DNA of 64,000 nucleotides from Raja brachyura (lineage: Eukaryota): contig OY740806.1 of the NCBI GenBank assembly GCA_963514005.1, forward strand, positions 34,782,001 to 34,846,000, read 5' to 3'. Positions within the stretch are counted from its first letter, which is position 1. Each line of letters opens with the position of its first letter. Below, one piece after another: positions 26,716-38,660 of the stretch. Made by a program: the position numbers and the translations under genes. The notes beneath the pieces are model-generated. The model saw only the letters and a list, made by a program, of their open reading frames with translations. It did not search any database and had not been told where the DNA came from.

Positions 26716-26900
26716 CAGTCACACAGCACAGAAACAGGCCCTTCGGCCCAACTCATTAATGCGGACCAAGATTAGTCACCCAAGCTAATCCCATTTGCCT
26801 GCATAACCCCAGATCCCTCCAAACATTTCCTATCCATGTACCTGTCCAGGTGTCTTTTAAATGCTGTTATAGTAGGACCTCAAGTACCTCCTCTGGCAGC
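26716..26900 (-). mobile_element. CR1 LINE 3' end
   Basis: GAAACAGGCCCTTCGGCCCAAC..TCCTATCCATGTACCTGTCC..CCTCTGGCAGC. Confidence 0.7.
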
Positions 26901-27999
26901 ATGGTGGAAGCAAAAGATTTCATAAGTGGGCAAATGTTTTGTAAAGGAAAACGCGAATGGAATTTAATAACTATCTGGAACTGACCCAGAGCTGGGCACT
27001 GGTCTCCTCCTGGGCTTCAAATCTCTTTGGACATTTGTCTCTGGTTAGTCAATAGACGTGGGTTTTGAAAGCAGAATGGAAAGTGCCTTTGCTGCTATGC
27101 AATGGGGGTTAGCACTACCTACTGGGCATGAGTTCCCAGGCAGATGACTCCAATTCTCTCTCTCTTTCCCTCTCCCTCTCTCTCCCCTGCTCTGTCATCT
27201 GTTTTAGTCCATGCTGCTCTCCAATTTCAAATCATTCTCTGCTGTCTCTTCTTGCCACCTTTTCTATTTGTATATTTGCATTGTTGATTCAGTCTCGCTT
27301 TCTCTGCCACCTTCCCTGTTCTTTTCCTCCAGTCTTTCCCTTTCCGTTTGCCTATCCCACAGCCTTTCATCCGTTATGCACTTTGTATGATATCAACTGA
27401 AACCTACACAACAGCCAGCGCAAGAGATCTTTAAACAGATGCTTTAAATGTATTGAAAGAACAGTCTGAAAAACTGCATCTAGATCACGTGCAGTGGTCA
27501 AGGTTTTGTCGGGACTGATGGTGAATAGGTGTCCGCCCCTTGAAGTCATTTATCATTGCATGTAAAAGATAATTATTTTTCAGTTGGACTTGGATCAAAG
27601 AGTCAGTATGGATAATGATATGAATTCAAGGGGAGGGTGGCTGAAGTACTCATGGACTGTTGTACAGTTTATGTGGCACTTACATGCTTATCATTGTTTA
27701 GATAGGAAAATAAATGAGGCGGAGTGAGCTTGCCTGTAATCAGGTCAAGGAAACATATAAGATACAGAGATATTTTTTTTAACGCAATGTATAGTTATGA
27801 ACTGGAGCACACCTCCTGAAAGGCCAATAGAAACATGTAGGATAGATCGAGAGTACTGAATATACGCTTGGAAAAGTCAATAGTTTGAAGAGCTTGAGGG
27901 GAAAGCAGTGAAGGTGGGGCGAATGAGAAAGCTCACTAATGGAGCATCACAGACTCGATAAACTGAATGCCTCCCACTGAGCAACGTAAGGTGCCGACT

Positions 28000-28715
28000 C
28001 ATGGTCATGCTCGCTTCTTGAGTCAGATATGCATGGGTTCAACTTGCACTCCAGAGAGTTAGCTGTAAACTGGAGGATAGCAGCCCGGTACAGTACTGGG
28101 GATTATTGCGTTAATCTTTCAGATAAGATGATAAAACCAGACCTCTGTGACCTTTCAAGTGGATATAGATTTTTAGGCCAAAATGATTATAATCTTTCTA
28201 ATTGTCCTTCATCATGAAGCTGTAAGTGCGTTAGCAATCATTATCACAGTTTCATTTATCAGATGTTGCTTCATTCAAACTGGCCACTTTGTTTCGGTAT
28301 AACTTTAACTAAATTGCAATATAAGAAAAGTGCTTTGGGATCTTGTGAGAAAGGCACCATACAAATGAAAGTCTTTTGTTTGATATGTTCCACATTGCAT
28401 ATTTCATTAGGGTGTAAAAGGAGGTCAGTCTAGCCCATTCTAGCACAATGTCATCTCTTCTTCTGGTTAATATACTTTGTAAACTATCCTCCCGACGTTC
28501 TCAGCTACTCCCTGCTTGCTTACACACTAGGAAGAGTTGAGGGTGGCCAACTAATCTATAAATCCTGTGCATTGTTGGGATGAAGGAGGAAACCAAAGCA
28601 CCCGATGGAAAAACAGGAAGAACATGCAAACTCCAGACAGATAACATCAGCGGTCAGGATCGAACCCGGGTCGCTGGTGCTGCGAGGCAGCTGCTGCTCC
28701 AGCTATCAACCTCGC
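28000..28715. mobile_element. Old Deu-SINE (+, about 28000-28375) and old V-SINE (-, about 28470-28715)
   Basis: Degenerate versions of the motifs seen in younger copies. Confidence 0.5.
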
Positions 28716-28759
28716 TGCTCGTGTACATTCTGCTTGTTGATATAAGCCGGGCCAAAGGC

Positions 28760-29400
28760 AAGAAATAACATCAAATAATTGCAAGCTAATTGAGTATGCA
28801 GGACAGAGACACATGCCTGTGCAGAGCTGAAAGAAATGGCTCTGTGTTTGTCACCATTAACCTCAATGTTCCCGGAGTGTGGGAGGAGGAAATATTCAGC
28901 CTGGATATCTCCACCATCTTTAAGTGATGTTACAATTTCTGTGTGCTCTGCAGTAATGTTCTGGCTTGTTCTATACACCCCACCTTTGTGAACTGCAGCA
29001 GGTTAAGATAATGAACAAAGCTTGTCAAATTTCATGCAGATAATGCGCGCAGCAGGAACTTTCAGGCTGAACAATTTTTAGCCCTTCCCCTGCGTGTTTG
29101 AATTGGTTAGTTGTGAGGCCAGTCAGCACTGAGTGCGTTTGCCAATGAGAATAGCTGTGTGGTTCTCTGCGATTGGTTTCCCGGGGCTGGTGATATCGGA
29201 GCGTGGTTGGGTGTGTACCAGTTGGAGAGCTGCCTTCTCGCAGAGAGTCGAACCCAAAGGGAAAAGAAGGCAAGGAGGGAAAATAAAAACAACCGCAGCT
29301 GCAACAAACAGAATTTAAAAGCAGTAATCCATCATTTAATGATTCCAAGAGGTTAGGACCCTGCCCATAACCTGAAAGGTCAGGGAGATTTGAGCTTTAA
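28760..29400. promoter_or_regulatory. Candidate distal promoter/enhancer with three CCAAT boxes
   Basis: Unique sequence with local CpGs; ATTGG 29102-29106, CCAAT 29142-29146, ATTGG 29172-29176. Confidence 0.3.
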
Positions 29401-30396
29401 TTCCGGATTTGTGGCAACAGTAAAAGTCATTGTATGAACCTTTTACATTAGAGAAGCAGGAACATTTCATGACATCCTGAGTCTGCTTTATGCTGGAGAG
29501 AGCGAGGGTCGTGTATATTGTTTGTGGTGCTAGGAGGAGGGGGTAATGATGTGGGTCAGTGTCCTCCGCTTTATTCCCGTGCAGTCAGTGTGTGTGCGGC
29601 TGAATGGGCACGGCTGTCCCGGGACAAATATCCCAATATCCCATTATCGCTCTAAACCCCAGTTGGATGTGGAAACAAAGGGGTGTATACCCCCTGAATC
29701 CTTCATGCAGCAAGGGCAGTGTAACTTCAAAGACTTGAGGGCAACACAGAGCTGGGGGCACAGGGAAACACAGGCACAGCTGCCAATGTTACAGTAATTA
29801 AATAGAAGAACGGGCAAGAGGCCAGATTGGAGGAGTTCATAGATTGTAGAAAGATTGTAGGGCTGGAAGAAATTCCAGAGATAAGTTACGAAACAGCTGT
29901 GGAGAGATTTAAACGCACAGATTAGAATTTTAAAATTGAGATGTTACTGAGCTGGGACCTAATGCAGGTTCAGTGAGCACAGGGCTGATGACTAAACAGG
30001 ATGAAGGAGAGAGGAGGGTACAGGTAATAAAGTTTTAGAGGAACAGGCTTTTACTTTTGAAAGAAATGGCACTGAGGAAGGTCCACCATCGCTAACTTAC
30101 CATGGTAACCGAGGACAGGCAATAAATGGCTCTGATAGTATCTCCCAGATCTCAAGAACAAAGCTTTATTTTTAAAACTGGGTCCACTGCCAATGAAGAA
30201 GAGTAGGAAAGGGTCATTGGATTGCTTGCTGTTCGGAGAGTGCAGCCTCTCTGATTCCTTTGAACTGAAGTCTTGGTGACAGTGCAGTGATTCACTTCAA
30301 AGAGTAAACGTCTTACCCAGCCGGCATCTAGTTATCAAATGGACTTTAGCTTCAGAGTTGGTGGCTTCTTGCCAATGAAAGGATGGTAATCTGATT

Positions 30397-30583
30397 GTAG
30401 ACAAAAGTGCTGGAGAAACTCTGCGGGTGCGGCAGCATCAATGGAGCGAAGGAAATAGGCAACGTTTCGGGCCGAAACGTTGCCTATTTCCTTCGCTCCA
30501 TTGATGCTGCTGCACCCGCAGAGTTTCTCCAGCACTTTTGTCTACCTTCGATTTTCCAGCATCTGCAGTTCCTTCTTAAACAC
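30397..30583. mobile_element. Near-perfect 149-bp palindromic Penelope mini-insert with a 38-nt one-sided tail
   Basis: 74-bp arms (30397-30470 / 30472-30545) with one mismatch; TSD TGGTA(A/G)TCTGATTG at 30384-30397 and 30584-30597. Confidence 0.9.
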
Positions 30584-30884
30584 TGGTAGTCTGATTGGTT
30601 GCATTGCCATCTCTGCGAGGGACAGAGGTTTTGACTGTCTTGTCTAATTTTAAAGTGATCTAACTGCAAATAGATTTTTTGAGCGTTAGTCAGTGGAACT
30701 TTGGGTTCCTAGTTCAGTGGTGACTCAAGGTTCCTGTGTGTGGTCAGCCCATTTGTTAAATACTCTGTGAGCAATCATCTCCAGGGGAGTGTCTCCCTCC
30801 GCAAGTCATATTCTCTAACAACAGGGAACCGGACCATTCAATCCAACAAGTCGGCATTGGCACGAGTCCTCCCCAACTTGTCCC

Positions 30885-31275
30885 CAATGCAAATTGGAGG
30901 AACAGCACCTCATATTTCACTTGGGCAGCCTACAACCCAGCGGTATGAATATTGATTACTCTAACTTCAAGTAACCCTTGCTTTCCCTCTTTCTCCATCC
31001 TTCCCCCACCCTAGTTCTCCGACGAGTTCTTCTGATTAATGTTCCTGATGGTATGCCTTGTTGTCCTCTTCCCCTCAACTAACAATGAACCATTCTAAAT
31101 TGTCTTAGCACCGTCTGCTCTGATCCGCCGTTTTCACACTTTACCCTTCAATATCACTGGACTCCCTCTCCCCTGATTGTCAGTCAAGGACCGCGACCCA
31201 AAATGTCACCTATTCCTTCTCTCCCGAGATGCTGCCTGACCTGCTGAGTTACGTCAGCCATTTTGTGTTTGTCTT
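30885..31275 (+). mobile_element. Penelope-like element 3' fragment: C-terminus of the GIY-YIG endonuclease ORF, 3' UTR and terminal repeat
   Basis: 30891-30974 translates KLEEQHLIFHLGSLQPSGMNIDYSNFK*, typical of the C-terminus of vertebrate Penelope/Neptune ORFs. It is followed by a pyrimidine-rich UTR and the terminal repeat found in about 30 short copies in the window. Confidence 0.8.
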
Positions 31276-31789
31276 CATCTCATCCTGTTAGCTTACTTCT
31301 ATTGCTTTGCCCTTCGTGTTTGCCTGCTATCCCTTTTGCTCCAGCATACAGAAGTGTTGCAGTACAGGGAAAGGCCTTTTATCTGTTCTAAAATGTTTGT
31401 ATTTCACCCGAACCTCCCCTTGTGGTAGGTTGACATAATAATCAATGGGTGAATATATCTCCCGTGAACATTTATTGTATTTGTGGCTATTTTATATGTA
31501 CGAACGCACATTTTGAAACAGAAGCTGCAACTAACACAATCATTCTCTGTGTTTATGGTTAATATAGAGGGGGAGATGCAGGTCACCGCTCAAACCAGGA
31601 CTTGCACACTGGGTTTATTTATGAGGAACATAAAGCATGAAAGTAGGAGCAGAAGCAGAAATCTAGCAGTGATCTTGTCTCCTCCCTTCCTTATTCATTG
31701 AGTTCACAACCAAGTTAAATATTATTCTGAAGAGGTTCACGTGTTGAATCAACACTCAGTTTAAAATTTAAATGCTACAGCTCCACAAT

Positions 31790-32360
31790 TAGTACAAAAA
31801 GGCGAGGTGTGTGTGTGTTAACGTGTTGACTGTGAAGTGAAGTCTAGCACCATTGTCCGCTGCATCCCGCCCGCCAGCTGACCACCCAGGTCGGCCCAGA
31901 TCACGGCAGGTCCTCGTGAGTGCTCGAGCTCGATGATCGACGGTTCTTCGAGACCAAAGTGGCTCGGCCTGCCGCATGACCCCCTCCCCTCCCCCAGAAC
32001 CGGCGTATTGGAGGCAGTTAGGGGCCTGATCTTGTGTACGTGTCTCCTGTGTTGGGGGTTGCGGCTGGTTGAGTTTGGTCGTGATGGTGGACGCCCTCTG
32101 CAGCGGGGTTGTGCCACTTGCACTGGTTGGTCAATGTCCAATTGCGCCGGCTTAAGAGGTTCACGGAGACAATCTCGTGTCTGCCGCCCATGTTGATGAT
32201 GAAAGCAGTGGCGTCGTTTTGCAGGACTCCCTCGTAAGACTTTTGCAGTGGTGTACGGTGGGAATCTCAGCGAAGGAAGACGTACTGGCAGTCCTGGGGG
32301 TCGGGTGGGACGTACGCGGTTGTGAGACCGTGTCTGGACGTTGGGACTGGAGAAAGATTT
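31790..32360 (-). mobile_element. Ty3/Gypsy LTR retrotransposon remnant: integrase C-terminal GPY/F module, PPT and start of the 3' LTR
   Basis: The - strand reads YVPPDPQDCQYVFLR*DSHRTPLQKSYEG..VLQNDATAFIINMGGRHEIVSV/LKPAQLD..RGRPP (stop plus frameshift). Polypurine tract at 31980-31995, then TG at 31976. Confidence 0.8.
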
Positions 32361-32794
32361 AGAAAGCTTTTTTACACAATTCCATATCTATTCTTGGGTA
32401 TCATGCAATGTACATGTGACGCGGGGACCACAGGATCTGGCTGATGCTTGTTCCTGAATCCAGCTCCGTATGCATGACAAGATCCCAAAAAGGTTCTCTG
32501 TACCTCCATCTACATCCAGCCACTTGGGAATTTGGTAGGAGCTAAAATTATAATTTTACGAGCATTGCTATTTCTTTAGCTGAATTAAGCTGGGGCTGTT
32601 TCAAATGACTCAAAAACATTGCATTTCCTCCAGGATGTCCTTGAGGTTTCAGGGCCTTGACAATTAACCTTCAGCCCTATCACATGATGGGGAAAACGTT
32701 TTAGGCTGTTATAAATCGAACAGGTTTGATAATTTTCTTTTAACACATATATTTCTTGGTCGTACGTATTGCTAAAGAAACTGCAATCAATGAC

Positions 32795-33002
32795 AGACCA
32801 AAAATGCTGGAGGAACTCAGTGGGACAGGCAGCATCTCTGGAGAGAAGGAATGGGTAACGTTTTGGGTCGAGACCATTCTTCAGGCCTGAAGACCGTTTT
32901 CAGTCTGAAGAAGGGTCTCGACCCGGAACATCACCCATGCCGTCTATCCGGAGATGCTGCCTGTCCCGCTGAGTTACTCCAGCTTTTGGTGTCTATCTTT
33001 GG
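32795..33002. mobile_element. Palindromic Penelope mini-insert
   Basis: Inverted family arms. Confidence 0.75.
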
Positions 33003-33084
33003 TACATTGTTAGCCAAGGGTGAGGTGACAGTGAGGCATACAATCAGTAATGTTTAATCAGGAGGAACTAGTTGGAGAACTAGG

Positions 33085-33173
33085 ATGGGGGAGGGACAGA
33101 GAGACGGGGAAAGCAAGTGTTACGTGGTTAGAGAAATCAACTTCATACTGCTGGGTTTTAAGCTGCCCAAGCT
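33085..33173 (-). mobile_element. Penelope-like ORF C-terminal fragment (degenerate)
   Basis: Reverse complement reads ...LGSLKPSSM..., homologous to 30920-31000. Confidence 0.6.
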
Positions 33174-33974
33174 GTACATTTATACCAACCAAATCCCCAG
33201 TTATTATCTATCCCTACCTGACGTTGATGAGATGGTGTTGAGGCATCTTTTTGAGTCACTGCATGACTTGCATTGAAAGTGTTTCTATTGGATTGTGGAA
33301 TTTCTGAATTCCAGAATCAAGAGCAGATATAATCAAGTTCTAATGATGTGTGTCAGGACGAGGACATTGAGGCCATGGTATTTCCATGGATTTGCTCTCA
33401 TTTGATTTTCCAGATGATACACGTCATGGGTGTGAGAGATCAAGTCAATGTCTAATTGTTGCAGCTCAGTTTGTAAAAAACACTTCAACAATGGTTGTTC
33501 AGGTTTTGCTACATGTAGCATTATTACGGAGATTAAAATACAACTATATATTGTGAATTGATGGAGGCTAGGTTATTAGCAAAGCTGTTGATGGTGCTTG
33601 GACCCAGTTATTGCTCTGAAGAACTGGAGATGAGATAATTGACCCCAGCAACCTCAGTCACCTCCCTTGGTGCTGGGTATGACTCCAGCTCATTATCTCC
33701 AATGTTACCAGGACTTGCAATACTGCAATTGGCCAAATGCTGCCTTGATATCAAAGAATGTCTCTAGAATCTGTCAATGTTTGGACCAAGGTAAAGAGAA
33801 GTCTGTCGTCCAGCGAAGAAAAACGGACAACTTAGTGACTCAAGCAACATCTGTGGAGGCAAACAGTATTAGTTGATGGTTTGGGTCAAGACCCAAAATT
33901 AGGACTGGGGAGGAATCACGAAAGGTTGCCAGTGCATAGCAATCAGAATGGGTCAAGAGAAAGATGAATGCAGA

Positions 33975-34355
33975 GTGATCTTACTCAAACATATACGATC
34001 CTAATGCTACTTGACAGTGTATAGGTTGGGATGTTTCCATCACTGGAAGCGTCATAAACAAGAGAACGTAGCTACATTTATAATGCAGCCTGTCTTTTAA
34101 AACTGAGGTTCTTAAAAAAATTATCTCTCAGAGGAAGGTAAATCTCTGGAATTCATTGCCCCTGAGGGTGGCAGAGGCTAGATCATTGGATATATTTAAG
34201 GTGGAGATAAATAAATATTTGAAAGATCAAGGAATTGAGAGTGGCAGGGAACTGGCACAGAAGAGGATTTGAAGTCAGTAAAGCAGCCATGATCATCGTG
34301 AATGGCAGAGCAGACCAGAGGGGTCCGGTACCCTACTTCTGCTGCTAGTTTCTTG
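33975..34355 (+). mobile_element. CR1 LINE 3' fragment
   Basis: ..SQRKVNLWNSLPLRVAEARSLDIFKVEINKYL.. and tail. Confidence 0.7.
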
Positions 34356-35177
34356 TCATTGAATAAACCCTGCTCTAATTGAAAACAGGTTGCGTTGCTC
34401 TAGTTGAGGGCTTCCAAGATCATTCTGAACGAAATTTTCAGAATTTTAAGTGATTTATGGTTGAATGATGGTTCTGATCTTGACAGGTATGTGTCTATTA
34501 ATCCATTTAACTTGTTTGTTGTGCCAGCAATCATCTTTGAATCCTGACATGACTACTGAAGCCTGCCACTGTGTTTATGTCCATGCTCAAGGGCTATGTT
34601 GACCCATTGGAAACCAAATTCACAGCAACAACCATGTGATTTCTCTCGTTCTAAAGAACCCCCGAACATTTTGTTTCATCTTAAAAAAAATGTGACAGAT
34701 TATCAAATACTTGGGCAAAGGGTTAAGAAGGGTCTAGTGGAAAGCTGAGAGATTTTTGCAGAGGGTGAGAGAAAGTGGGATTTCAAAAAATTAGGGCCTG
34801 GGCAGCTAAAGATATGGCCTCAAATATTTAAGAGTGAAAGAGGAGAGATATGAGAGGCCAGAACTGGCCGATGCAGCAGCCTTGAAGGGAAGGTTTGGGA
34901 GACCCGGGGCTTGGAGGGATTTGTAAGCAGAGATGAGAATTTTGAGACTGAGGCATTGTAGCATGCTGAGCTTACACAGGTCACAGGGGAGATGAATGGA
35001 TGAGATTTGATGCCAGTTAAGATTAAGTAGCTGAGGTTTTGATGACTTTAAGTTCACAGAGGGTGCGAGGTTAGAGAGAGTATTGCAGCAGTCTTGATGC
35101 ATTAAAAGACATATACCCTGCGAGCATTTCTGCTACATGCCTGAATCTCTATCATCGATTCACGGAACTGGAGTATT

Positions 35178-35282
35178 TCTCAGTCTGAAGAAGGGTCTCG
35201 ACCCGAAATATCGCCCATTCCTTCTCCCCAGAGATGCTGCCTGTCCCGCTGAATTAATCCAGCATTTTGTGTCTATCTTTGG
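35178..35282 (+). mobile_element. Penelope terminal repeat with intact hammerhead-like core
   Basis: CTGAAGA-AGGGTCTCGACCC-GAAA-TA-TC at 35185-35212; TSD TGGAG(T/C)ATTTC. Confidence 0.75.
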
Positions 35283-35699
35283 AGCATTTCACCCTGATTT
35301 TCAAATACGATATCAGAATTTGCACACTACCATGATGGCCCTGTCAAAAACATATTCATCAATTTTGACAAATAATTTATTTATATTAGTTGTAAAATAA
35401 TGTTTAAAAATGTATGGCATGCTCCATAAATGAGAATGCAAAGTTTCATTGCTACAAACAAGGACGTTGGTCTTCAACTCTCCTGAAACAATGATGTTAC
35501 AACATTTTTGGGACTAGCGTAGAAGGGACATGTTGGTCGGTGTGGGCAAGTTGGGCCGAAGGGCCTGTATCCATGCTGTATGACTCTATAACTAGCTATG
35601 ATTTTGCAAATGTTGACCATACCGCTGCAATTAAACCTTGACTGAGTGCAAAATGTCTTTATTGATGCCACAAATATATTCTGTGACCTTAAGGTGAAA

Positions 35700-36700
35700 A
35701 GTGGACAAGTGTGATTAGATAGAAGAAAGACAGCACAGATTTGTTAACGAACATATGGTTCTGAACTAATAATTGTTTTTTGTATTGAGATTGTAGGGAG
35801 GGCTGATGAGGGCACTATAGTTGACGTAATGTATATGGAGTGCCAAACCGTTTTAATAAAATATCATATTAGTGCATTGTGAATACAGTTAAAGGTTAGA
35901 GATTAAAAATAATACAGGCATATAGATAAGAAATTGGCATGGGGACAGAATACAAAGAGAAATGGCAAGTATTTGTTTTTCAAGCTAACCATAGAAACAT
36001 AGAAAATGGGTGCAGGAGTAGGCCATTCGGCCCTTCGAGGCTGCACCGCCCTACAGCAAAGAGGATTTTTATTCTCTAACCTTTAACTGTATTCACAATG
36101 CACTAATATGATATTTTATTAAAATCCTAAAGGAAGGAGAACATCGGTATTCTGCAGGATTTCATTCTGGGGCCACAGTTTTCCTTGGTCAACGTAAGCT
36201 AGTTTGGCCAAAGGGCCTGTTCTCACGCTGTATGACTGTATGACGGACTTGGGTGCACCGTTTCAATATTTAGTGATGCAGAATTTGGAAGGATAATAAG
36301 CGCTGATGATGTCTTCCAAAAGGATAAAGACAGGCCGGTGAAATGGATGGACAAGTATAGCAGGTGGAATGGGTCATTCTGCAGTGCAAAGCACCATAAT
36401 GGTTTGGAAGAATAAGGGGTGACAATACAATGTAAAAGCTGCAGTTCAAGGCTACACACAAGTAACAAAGTAGAGGAGAGCTGCAGAGTGGTGGTGCAAA
36501 AGGAAATAGGAGGGCCAATGTGATAATAGGAGTATAAATGACAAATCCTTGAAGATAACAAAACAGATAGAGAACGTAATTATAAAGCATATGGGTTAGG
36601 CCTTTATAAATAAAAGTATATAAAAGCAAGAAAATTGTATCATATCTCTAAAAAAAATAACTTATTTGGACACAACTAGTGTATAATGCAGAAACCTGCG
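35700..36700 (+). mobile_element. Old CR1 reverse transcriptase region, rearranged and with younger inserts
   Basis: Degenerate QHRF, VDVMYM, G..Q...LGP and I..F.DD-like motifs in the expected order. Confidence 0.55.
35851..36124. repeat. 60-bp inverted duplication (35851-35910 vs 36065-36124)
   Basis: 59/60 identity in reverse complement by direct comparison. Confidence 0.9.
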
Positions 36701-36871
36701 CACTGAATCCTCAGAAAGACATGTTCTATGCAGCAACTGCGTTATACTACTGTTAAGTTGAACAATACTCCTCTCACTTTTAAATAAGGAATTGTATGAC
36801 TTACTGTGATTGATACAGACCGTTAATTTGTATTAATATAATCCAGACTATTTGCTTGTTTTTTACTGGCA

Positions 36872-37365
36872 TAGGAAGGAACTGCAGACACTGGTTTAAT
36901 CGAAGATAAGCACAAAATGCTGGAGTAACTCAACGGGTCAGGCAGCATCTGTCTTGGCCCAAAACGTCACCCATTCCTTCTCACCAGAGATACTGCCTGT
37001 CCCGCTGAGTTACTCCAGCATTTTGTGTCTATCTTGCTGCTAAGTAATTTGGAAATAGAATCTTTTTCTCCTTTTTCCTGCTGGCGTCCAGACTCACTCC
37101 GGGAATGTGGCACCAAGTAGAGAGGATAGGACAGCACCTTGACGTAAAGAACGGCCTCACACTGCGACTTCACCCTCTTCTCATCCAGTGTCACACATGT
37201 GCCCCCAGCAGGATTGACTGGACAGTGTAGGAAGGAACTGCAGGTGCTGTTTTATACTGAAGATACGCACAAAATGTTGGAGTAACTCAGCGGGACAGGC
37301 GCCCATCCCTTCTCTCCAGAGATGCTGCCTGTCTCGGTGGGTTACTGCAGCATTTTGTGTCTATC
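36872..37365. mobile_element. Two palindromic Penelope mini-inserts (36872-37035, 37226-37365)
   Basis: Inverted arms with one-sided tail; the second has TSD GACTGGA(C/G)AGTGT. Confidence 0.75.
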
Positions 37366-38034
37366 TGGACTGGAGAGTGTGTAGGCTTCCTTGGTGTTGC
37401 TGTCAAACACTATGTCAGACTGAACCTAGCTGTTATTCTTCAACGAAACAGTAGTGCCTGATATGGCAGTGCTTCAAGGTCATAACACATAGTACACTAA
37501 CTCTTATAAGCACATTTGTACTTGCTGGACTGTATTGCATTTGAAAAGTGATAACCACATACTGTTCATCCACTATCTACATTCTACAAATTATACCATC
37601 CAGATCACTATTTACAAATATTAAATGATACAGTAGTTAATTGCCTACAAAGAAAAATATTTAATAACCTAATACTAATTGACTCAGTTTGTTAGTCTTC
37701 TCACCTTCCCACAAGCTGTACTTAACATTTCTGTGGTTGGAGCCATTACAAATTTACTTCCATGCCTTTGAGCCACTAAACTGTGTGCAGTTCACAATCT
37801 AGATACAAGCATCTGATAAATCTCATCAATAATTACCACAAATACAATATATTTGGCATATTATGCATTCAGGAATCTAATGATGCTGTCCCTATATTTT
37901 AAAAATTGTTGTCTTTTGTTTTGCTTCCATGCTGTTTTCCTCCTAGAATTTGCTTATATTTTTTCAATGCCCAAACTATGCTTCAAACTTTTTCTTCTTT
38001 CATTTCATATTTCTAATTTTTTTATTTCATATGT

Positions 38035-38307
38035 TTAGAGTTTAGTTTAGCGTTTAGAGATACAGTATTGAAACAGGCCCTTTGGCCCACCCAGTCCACG
38101 ATGTTCTATCCTACACATAAGGGGCGATTTACCAAAACCAATTAACCCACAAATCTACACCTTTTTGGAATGTGGGGAGCACCCGGAGAAAACCCATGCC
38201 GTTACAGGGAGAACGTACAAACTCCACACAGACAGCACCCGTAGTCAGATCTAACCTGGGTCCGTGGTGCTGTGAGGCAGCAGCTCTACCACAGTGCTAT
38301 CACTGTG
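38035..38307 (-). mobile_element. HE1-like V-SINE
   Basis: Same architecture as 19945-20225, with an (AAACT)n tail. Confidence 0.8.
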
Positions 38308-38569
38308 TCTTTCTCTTTGTTATTAGTCTAGATGTTCACCTCAACAAATCGTTCTATACATTCCACAGAAAGGCTGAAGTGAGTGATAGTCACATTTCCC
38401 ACCATTCTCACAATGCCTGTTTTTACAGAGAGAACCCAGGCTTCTACTTTCACACCTTGGATACCCATCTCCTACCACTCTCACAAGCAACATCATCCCA
38501 CATTTCTAATCAGTGTTTCATCCATGGCTCAAGTCCCCAGAATAGAGGAATTAACAGCAGACCCTTGAA

Positions 38570-38660
38570 GGACACAAAGTGCAAGAGTAACTCAGCAGGT
38601 CAGGCGGCACGCTGGAGAACATGGGTAGGTGATGTTTTGGGTCGAGACCCTTCTTCAGAC
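38570..38660 (-). mobile_element. Penelope terminal repeat
   Basis: Family consensus. Confidence 0.65.

Noticed and set aside
30397-30583. Palindromic repeats as MITEs or CRISPR-like repeats
   Set aside because: Variable fold-back points, variable 8-15 bp TSDs, a one-sided tail and linkage to a Penelope ORF indicate retrotransposition. There is no regular repeat-spacer array and the DNA is eukaryotic.
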